DNA of 52,545 bases from Betaproteobacteria bacterium (GTDB lineage: Bacteria; Pseudomonadota; Gammaproteobacteria; Burkholderiales; SG8-39), in NCBI GenBank assembly GCA_025358705.1, contig JANYII010000229.1, forward strand, positions 1 to 52,545, read 5' to 3'. The position numbers and the translations under genes were made by a program. Of this stretch, positions 47,082 to 52,545 are shown one piece after another. Every line of letters starts with the position of its first letter. Within the stretch, counting starts at the first letter, position 1. The notes under the pieces are model-generated. The model worked only from the letters and a program-made list of their open reading frames with translations, ran no database searches and was not told the DNA's origin.

Positions 47082-48299
47082 ATGAAGATCTTCGCGGTCG
47101 ACGACGATCCGATCACGCTCGCGCTCGTCGCGGAAGTGCTGCGCAGCGCCGGCCACGAGGTCACCACCTGCGGCTCCAGCCGCGACGCCCTGCGCGACAT
47201 CCCGCGCGCGCAGCCGGACTGCGTGATCAGCGACATCATGATGCCGGAGATGGATGGCTTCGAGCTGATACGCGAGCTGCGGCGGCGGCCGGAGCTCGCG
47301 GCACTGAAGATCGTCGTGCTGTCGACCAAGTCCTACGATTTCGACCGGCGCCGTGCCAAAGAACTGGGTGCCGACGGCTACCTCATCAAGCCGATCGAGC
47401 GCACCACCTTCGTCCAGTCGATCGTGGAAATCGTGTCCGAGGACGTACTCGTCACATACTGGGGCGTGCACGGCACGCTGCCGGTTCCCGGCGTGCGCAC
47501 GCTGCGCCGCGGCGGCAACACGCCCTGCGTCAGCGTCGAGGTGGGCGGCGAGCCGCTCTACGTGTTCGACTGCGGCTCGGGTATCAAGGGACTGTCCGAC
47601 CGGCTGCTCGCGATGCAGCAGGGGCGGATCACGGTGCGTATTTTCCTGTCGCACCCACACTGGGACCACATCAATACCATCCCCTTCTTCGCGCCGCTCT
47701 ACGCCCCGGGAAACCAGATCGAGATCCACGGCCCCTACCAGGGCGACCTGTCGATCGAGCAGGTGGTCAGCGCGCAGATGGAGAGCGTCTATTTCCCCGT
47801 GACCATCCGCGAATTCGGCGCGCATCTCGTATTCCGCGACCTGCGCGAGGAGAGCCTTTCTTTCGGCCCAGTGCGCATCGACACGATGCTGCTTAGCCAC
47901 CCCGGATACTGCCTTGGCTACCGCCTCACATGCCGCGGCCGCAAAGTTTGCTACATCACGGACAACGAACTGTTTCTGCGAGGCGATCCGCACCGGGACG
48001 AACACTACCTGGAGCGCCTCGCCGATTTCGTGCGCGGCGCCGACGTGCTGATCACCGACACGACCTATCGCGACCACGAGTACCCGGCCAAGATCGGCTG
48101 GGGCCACTCCTGCGTCAGCGAGGTGGCCGAACTCGCGGCACGGGCGCAGGTGAAGCGATTGCACCTGTTTCATCACGATCCGGACCAGTCGGACGACGAC
48201 ATCGACCTCAAGCTGGCCGAGACGCGTGCCGCGCTGGCGAAGCTCGATGCCAGCGTGGAATGCGACGCGCCCGCGGAAGGTACCGACCTGGTGCTGTAG
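47082..48299 (+). CDS. REC - metallo-beta-lactamase-fold hydrolase fusion
   Basis: 405 aa. REC: KIFAVDDDPITLAL...VISDIMMPEMDG...GYLIKP. MBL fold: FDCGSG, LSHPHWDHINT (HxHxDH), LLSHPG, ITDNE, HSCV..., LFHHDP. Confidence 0.85.
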   Translation: MKIFAVDDDPITLALVAEVLRSAGHEVTTCGSSRDALRDIPRAQPDCVISDIMMPEMDGFELIRELRRRPELAALKIVVLSTKSYDFDRRRAKELGADGYLIKPIERTTFVQSIVEIVSEDVLVTYWGVHGTLPVPGVRTLRRGGNTPCVSVEVGGEPLYVFDCGSGIKGLSDRLLAMQQGRITVRIFLSHPHWDHINTIPFFAPLYAPGNQIEIHGPYQGDLSIEQVVSAQMESVYFPVTIREFGAHLVFRDLREESLSFGPVRIDTMLLSHPGYCLGYRLTCRGRKVCYITDNELFLRGDPHRDEHYLERLADFVRGADVLITDTTYRDHEYPAKIGWGHSCVSEVAELAARAQVKRLHLFHHDPDQSDDDIDLKLAETRAALAKLDASVECDAPAEGTDLVL

Positions 48300-48475
48300 G
48301 AGTTACTGCGCCGCAGCGTAGGAAAACTCCCTACGCATGCACTGCCCGATTCCGTCTGTGGCCATCGACGCCGGGGGCATAACATCCGGCAGTGAAGAAT
48401 GCGCGCAACCCTGCCCGGCGTGGGGGTCCATTGGAGGAACAACCGCATGCCGCGGCACCCGGCGGCGAACCCCTC

Positions 48476-50347
48476 ATGGCCGAACGCCTGCTTGCGGCAT
48501 TCGAGCATCTGAGGGAATCCATCGTCCTTACCGACCCCGAGGACCGTTTTCTTCTCACCAACCGTGCGTTCCGGGAGCTAAACCGCAACGTCGCACATGC
48601 CATTCGGCCGGGCCTGAAATTCGAGGACTACATGCGCGCCGGCATCGCCGCGGGCAATTACCCGGATGCCATCGGCAGGGAAGAGGAATGGCTCGCGGCC
48701 CGGCTCGCGGAGCGGCGCAACCCGGGGAAACCCGTGGAGCGCCAGCGCAGCGGCGGACGCTGGTTCATGATCGACGACCGGCGGCTGCCCGACGGCTGCA
48801 CGATCCGGTTCGGCACCGAGATTACGGAGCGCAAGCGCGCCGAGGCTTCGTTGAACGAGCGCAATCGCGAGCTGCAGCTGGTGATCGACAGCGTCCCGGT
48901 GATGATCACGCGGCTCGACCGGGACGAGCGCTTCCTTTTCGCCAACCGTGCCTATACCAGGCTGATGGAGCAACCGATCGAGGATATTGTCGGCCGCCGC
49001 GTTGCGGACGTGATGCCACCCGGGATTTACGCGCAGATCAAGCCGGCGCTCGACCGCGCGCTGTCCGGCGATCCGGTGTCGATCGAACGGCTGCAGGTGC
49101 GCTCGAATGGCGAACTGGTCGAAGTCGAAGGACGCTACATTCCCGATGTCGACATAGCGGGCCGCGTCATCGGCATGTTCGCGGTGCACCGCGACGTCAC
49201 CGCCGAGCGGCGGGCGCGGGAGTCCCTGGCGAAGAGCGAAGCCCGTTTCCGCGGCCTCGCGGCCCTGTCCTCGGACTGGTTCTGGGAGCAGGACGCGCAG
49301 TTCCGCTACATCTACATCTCTGAAGACGCCGATGCCCGCGGCGCCATAGGCATGAAGCTGCGCGCGGGAAAAACGCGCTGGGAGTTGCCCTCGACCGGCG
49401 TGACTGAAGCACAGTGGGCAGCGCACCGGGCGCAACTCGAGGCACATCAGGTATTCCACGATTTCGAGGTCGGACGCCCTGGACCGAATGGCGAAACGAC
49501 CTGGGTCTCGGTGAGCGGAGAGCCGATATTCGACACCCAGGGCAATTTCACCGGATATCGCGGGATCACCCGCAACATGACCGAGGCAGTGCGCTCGCGC
49601 GCACGCATCGAGCGCATGAACGCCGAGCTAGAGGAGCGCGTGGAAACGCGCACCGCCGAACTGCGCGCGGCAATGAAGGAACTGGATGCCTTCACCTATT
49701 CGGTGTCGCATGACCTGCGCGCACCGATCGGGGCGGTCAGCGGTTTTGCGCACCTGCTGCGCAGCGCCGAGGCCGAGCGACTGAGCGAGGATGGCCAGCG
49801 CCTGCTCGGCTTCATCGAGCACAACGCGGAGCGCATGACCCGCCTGATCGAGGGCCTGCTGCGCTTCTCGCGGCTCGGGCGCAGCGAGTTGCGGCGCTCG
49901 CGCGTGTCGATGAACGGCCTGGTTGGAGAATCGCTGATGGATTTCGTGGATGAAGTCGCGCGCGCGAACATCAGCGCGGCGGCGATGCCCGACTGCAACG
50001 GCGATCCGGCACTGCTAAGCCAGGTCTGGTCCAACCTGCTGGGCAATGCCCTCAAATACTCGCGCGGCGCCAACCCGCCGCGCGTCGATGCCGGCTGGGA
50101 CGTGGAGCGCAATGCCTACTACGTGCGCGACAACGGCATCGGCTTCGACATGGCCTATTCCGGCAAGCTGTTCGGCGTCTTCGAGCGGCTGCACGCGGAA
50201 TCCGAATTCGAAGGCAGCGGCATCGGCCTCGCTATCGCGGAGCGCATCGTCCGGCTGCACGGCGGGGCCATCTGGGCCGACGCCGCGCCCGGCCACGGCG
50301 CCACCTTCTGGTTCACGGTGCCGTCGGCCGAAAAATGGGAGAATTGA
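48476..50347 (+). CDS. Cytoplasmic multi-PAS sensor histidine kinase (HisKA + HATPase_c)
   Basis: The track ORF starts at 48392. I prefer ATG 48476 (MAERLLAAFEHL...) because G/C content at third codon positions is low over 48392..48475. About three PAS-like repeats, H-box FTYSVSHDLRAPI, N-box LGNALKYS, G-boxes DNGIGF and GSGIGLAI. No TM segment. Confidence 0.85.
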   Translation: MAERLLAAFEHLRESIVLTDPEDRFLLTNRAFRELNRNVAHAIRPGLKFEDYMRAGIAAGNYPDAIGREEEWLAARLAERRNPGKPVERQRSGGRWFMIDDRRLPDGCTIRFGTEITERKRAEASLNERNRELQLVIDSVPVMITRLDRDERFLFANRAYTRLMEQPIEDIVGRRVADVMPPGIYAQIKPALDRALSGDPVSIERLQVRSNGELVEVEGRYIPDVDIAGRVIGMFAVHRDVTAERRARESLAKSEARFRGLAALSSDWFWEQDAQFRYIYISEDADARGAIGMKLRAGKTRWELPSTGVTEAQWAAHRAQLEAHQVFHDFEVGRPGPNGETTWVSVSGEPIFDTQGNFTGYRGITRNMTEAVRSRARIERMNAELEERVETRTAELRAAMKELDAFTYSVSHDLRAPIGAVSGFAHLLRSAEAERLSEDGQRLLGFIEHNAERMTRLIEGLLRFSRLGRSELRRSRVSMNGLVGESLMDFVDEVARANISAAAMPDCNGDPALLSQVWSNLLGNALKYSRGANPPRVDAGWDVERNAYYVRDNGIGFDMAYSGKLFGVFERLHAESEFEGSGIGLAIAERIVRLHGGAIWADAAPGHGATFWFTVPSAEKWEN

Positions 50348-50349
50348 GG

Positions 50350-50823
50350 ATGCGTACGGAAGAACAACAAGAAGCACCCGCCGTGGCAGGCGAAGGTGTC
50401 GAGATCCTGCTGGTCGAGGACAATCCGAGCTACGTCGAACTGACGCTGCGCGCGCTGCGCGAGATCGCCAAGGACAGCGTGCGCGTGGACATCGCGGGCG
50501 ACGGCGAGCGCGCGCTCGCGATGCTGCTCTCGCCGAAGGTGTACCGCCTGCCGCGCCTCGTGATCCTCGACCTCAAGCTGCCGAAGCTCGGCGGCCTGGA
50601 GGTGTTGCGTCAGCTGCGCGCCAACCCGGCGACGCGGTACCTGCCGGTGGTGATGCTGACCTCTTCGCGAGTGCCGAGCGACGTCGCCGAGAGCTACCGT
50701 CTCGGCGCCAACAGCTTCGTGGTGCGGCCGATGAACTTCCCGACCTACCTGCGCGTGCTGGGCGAAATCATCAACTACTGGCTGGTGACCAACGAGCAGC
50801 CGCCGGAAAGCAGCGCGCAGTAG
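50350..50823 (+). CDS. Single-domain response regulator (Rcp-like CheY-type receiver)
   Basis: ATG 50350 lies 2 nt after the kinase stop, with GAGG upstream. EILLVEDNPSYVEL...VILDLKLPKLGG...SFVVRP. Confidence 0.88.
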   Translation: MRTEEQQEAPAVAGEGVEILLVEDNPSYVELTLRALREIAKDSVRVDIAGDGERALAMLLSPKVYRLPRLVILDLKLPKLGGLEVLRQLRANPATRYLPVVMLTSSRVPSDVAESYRLGANSFVVRPMNFPTYLRVLGEIINYWLVTNEQPPESSAQ

Positions 50824-50825
50824 CG

Positions 50826-52022
50826 CTACCCGGCCTGGGCGGCGAGCTTTTCCCGGTGGGCCGTCAACTCGGACCGCGAAGGGAAGAAGAACGAGGCCAG
50901 CATGACGCCGCCGGCAAGCACGGCGAGCACCAGGAAAACGTTGGCGAAGCCGCCTTGCGTGCGATGCAGTGTGGCGATCATGGGCACCGCGACCGCGGCC
51001 ACGCCCAGCGACACCACGTAGCGCACGCCCAGCACCCTCGCGCGGTACTCATCGGCGACGTACCTGCCGACAATGGCGTCATTCAGCGGGATCTGCCCGA
51101 ACACCGCGAGCATCATCAACAGGGCCACGCCGAGCATCGCCCAGCCCTGCAGGTTGGCCGCGAGCCAGAGCATCGGGATCTGCAGCAGGCCAACGCCGAT
51201 CATGAGGCGGCGCAATTCCATCCGGTCGATCAGCGCCCCCATCAACACCTGGGCAAAAGCCGCCATCGTGTAGACCACCGCGACCAGCGCGCCGATGCCG
51301 AAACTCGTCTGCGTCAGCTCCGAGAGGCGCTCGTCGAACACCTTCGGCATGGAGATCGTCGTCGAATTGAAGATGATGCCGCCGCAGGCGGTGGCGATCA
51401 GCATGATTGCCATGATGCGCGACATCATGCGCGCGTCCACGTGCAGTCCCATCGATTTGGAAGTCTTTTTGACCTTGCCCGGGTCTTTTACAAGAATCAA
51501 AAATGAAATCCCCGCAAAAATGCAAAGAATCCCCGGCACGCAAAAGGCCGCACGCCAGCCGAACGAATCGACCAGCGCGCCAGTGAGCAGCGCCGCCGAG
51601 GCCAGGCCCAGGTTGCCCCAGAGACCGTTCCAGCCCAGCAGCTTTCCCATTTTTTCCGGCGAGGCGACCAGCATCGCAATGCCCACCGGGTGATAGATGG
51701 CGGCGAAGGCGCCGACGACGATCAGGCCGGCGGCGATCTGCCAGTCCGACTGCGCGAAGCCGGTGACAAAGAGCGATGCGCCGATACCGAAGTAGAACAG
51801 CGCCATCACCTTGTAGCGGCTCCAGTGGTCGGCCAGCCAGCCGGCGGGGATCGCGAACACGCCGAAGGCGATGAAACTGCCGAGCGCGAGCGGCAGCAAC
51901 TCGGCGTAAGGCCTTCCCCACTCGCGCCCGATCGCCACCACCGCGGTCGGGAAGACCAGCATGGCGAGGTGGTCGAGCAGATGCCCCAGGTTGAGAAACG
52001 GAACCAGCCAGCGATTGTTCAT
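50826..52022 (-). CDS. MFS transporter
   Basis: Track ORF 50826..52430 trimmed to ATG 52022 (MNNRWLVPFLNLGHLLDH...). About 12 hydrophobic segments. The upstream extension is Ser/Pro/Arg-rich and looks non-coding, and it overlaps the ccmA 5' region. Confidence 0.8.
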   Translation of the reverse strand: MNNRWLVPFLNLGHLLDHLAMLVFPTAVVAIGREWGRPYAELLPLALGSFIAFGVFAIPAGWLADHWSRYKVMALFYFGIGASLFVTGFAQSDWQIAAGLIVVGAFAAIYHPVGIAMLVASPEKMGKLLGWNGLWGNLGLASAALLTGALVDSFGWRAAFCVPGILCIFAGISFLILVKDPGKVKKTSKSMGLHVDARMMSRIMAIMLIATACGGIIFNSTTISMPKVFDERLSELTQTSFGIGALVAVVYTMAAFAQVLMGALIDRMELRRLMIGVGLLQIPMLWLAANLQGWAMLGVALLMMLAVFGQIPLNDAIVGRYVADEYRARVLGVRYVVSLGVAAVAVPMIATLHRTQGGFANVFLVLAVLAGGVMLASFFFPSRSELTAHREKLAAQAG

Positions 52023-52086
52023 CGCCAGCACGATACTCCTTTTGCGGGGTGCTGGCCTTGGCAGTTTCGCAAGTAAAATCAGCGGC

Positions 52087-52545
52087 ATGCTTGAGACAAG
52101 AGGGCTCGCCTGCGAACGCGGCGGGCTGCGCCTGCTCTCGGATCTTTCCTTCTCGCTCGCGCCGGGCGGGTTGCTGCGCGTGCGCGGCGCCAACGGCAGC
52201 GGCAAGACCACGCTGCTGCGCGCGCTCGCCGGGCTTACGCGCCCGGCCGCGGGAACCATCCACTGGCGGGGAAACCCGATTGGCGACGACTTTCGCGGCG
52301 AGATGCTGTTTCTCGGGCACGCGCCCGCGATCAAGGATGAATTGACGGTCCTTGAGAACCTGGAATTTTCCGCGCGACTCTCCGGGCTGAAGGACTCCCG
52401 TTTGACGAATGCACTGGAGCGGCTCGGCATCGCCCGCCTCGCTGACCTGCCTGCGCGCTACCTGTCGCAGGGCCAGCGCAGGCGCGCCGCGCTGGCACGC
52501 CTCGCGCTTTCTTCCTCCGTGCCGCTGTGGCTGCTGGATGAACCG
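52087..52545 (+). CDS. ccmA: Cytochrome c biogenesis heme exporter ATP-binding protein, 5' part (runs off the window)
   Basis: My own translation from ATG 52087: MLETRGLACERGGLRLLSDLSFSLAPGGLLRVRGANGSGKTTLLRALAGLTRPAAGTIHWRG...LSQGQRRRAALARLALSSSVPLWLLDEP. Walker A GANGSGKT, signature LSQGQRRR and Walker B LLDEP are typical of CcmA. No stop in the window, so it is absent from the ORF track. Confidence 0.8.
   Translation, partial: MLETRGLACERGGLRLLSDLSFSLAPGGLLRVRGANGSGKTTLLRALAGLTRPAAGTIHWRGNPIGDDFRGEMLFLGHAPAIKDELTVLENLEFSARLSGLKDSRLTNALERLGIARLADLPARYLSQGQRRRAALARLALSSSVPLWLLDEP

Noticed and set aside
46812-48176. Minus-strand 454-aa ORF
   Set aside because: It is antisense to the REC::MBL gene, which has clear REC and HxHxDH motifs.
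48296-48340. Imperfect inverted repeat GTAGGAGTT...AACTCCCTAC after the REC::MBL stop
   Set aside because: The stem is imperfect (a one-base bulge), the loop is long (~20 nt) and there is no T-tract, so the evidence for a terminator is weak.

Overview
High-GC (roughly two-thirds G+C by eye) proteobacterial chromosomal window, densely coding. I saw no rRNA, tRNA, CRISPR array, transposase or integrase. All domain calls come from reading motifs in the supplied translations (plus my own translations at the two window edges), not from searches.

Layout:
(1) 1-8.0 kb: oxyanion uptake. A transglutaminase-like/DsrE-like/tupBCA tungstate operon on the minus strand, two orphan genes (a hypothetical and a Tat-Rieske protein), then modABC.
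(2) 8.1-11.2 kb: a Fe/Mn-SOD-like::rhodanese fusion translationally coupled to chrA, then a DUF1330 gene and a lipoprotein Cu/Zn SOD.
(3) 11.2-20.4 kb, minus strand: a periplasmic Cys-type (not Sec) formate dehydrogenase operon. It runs Tat-target peptide, alpha, beta, small lipoprotein, cytochrome b gamma, Lys-rich secreted peptide. An accessory block sits upstream (DUF3305, DUF3306, 706-aa poly-[4Fe-4S] protein, TorD-like chaperone). It is divergent from moaA-fdhD-ACAD-like.
(4) 23.3-50.8 kb: a large signalling island. It holds a PP2C phosphatase, a REC-PAS-HisKA_3 kinase with a NarL-type regulator, and a free periplasmic Cache protein with an MCP. It also holds an ~18-kb, 16-gene co-directional minus-strand array. 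In transcription order this is Hpt, degenerate-cyclase::Hanks kinase, REC::class III cyclase::Hanks kinase, dual-receiver protein, cheY, cheA, cheW, MCP, periplasmic binding protein, MCP, cheR, cheD, cheB, REC, soluble inverted MCP, cytidylate-kinase-like::BON. The island ends with a divergent REC::metallo-beta-lactamase-fold hydrolase and a PAS kinase with a single-domain REC.
(5) 50.8-52.5 kb: an MFS transporter and the 5' part of ccmA.

The most interesting candidate for an undescribed system is the Hpt / cyclase-kinase / receiver module at the head of the che operon, together with the neighbouring REC-MBL hydrolase and the PP2C phosphatase about 19 kb away. This wiring suggests a chemosensory pathway whose output is cyclic nucleotide synthesis and Ser/Thr phosphorylation. 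Many long ORFs in the six-frame track are antisense shadows of real genes, as expected at this GC content, and were rejected.
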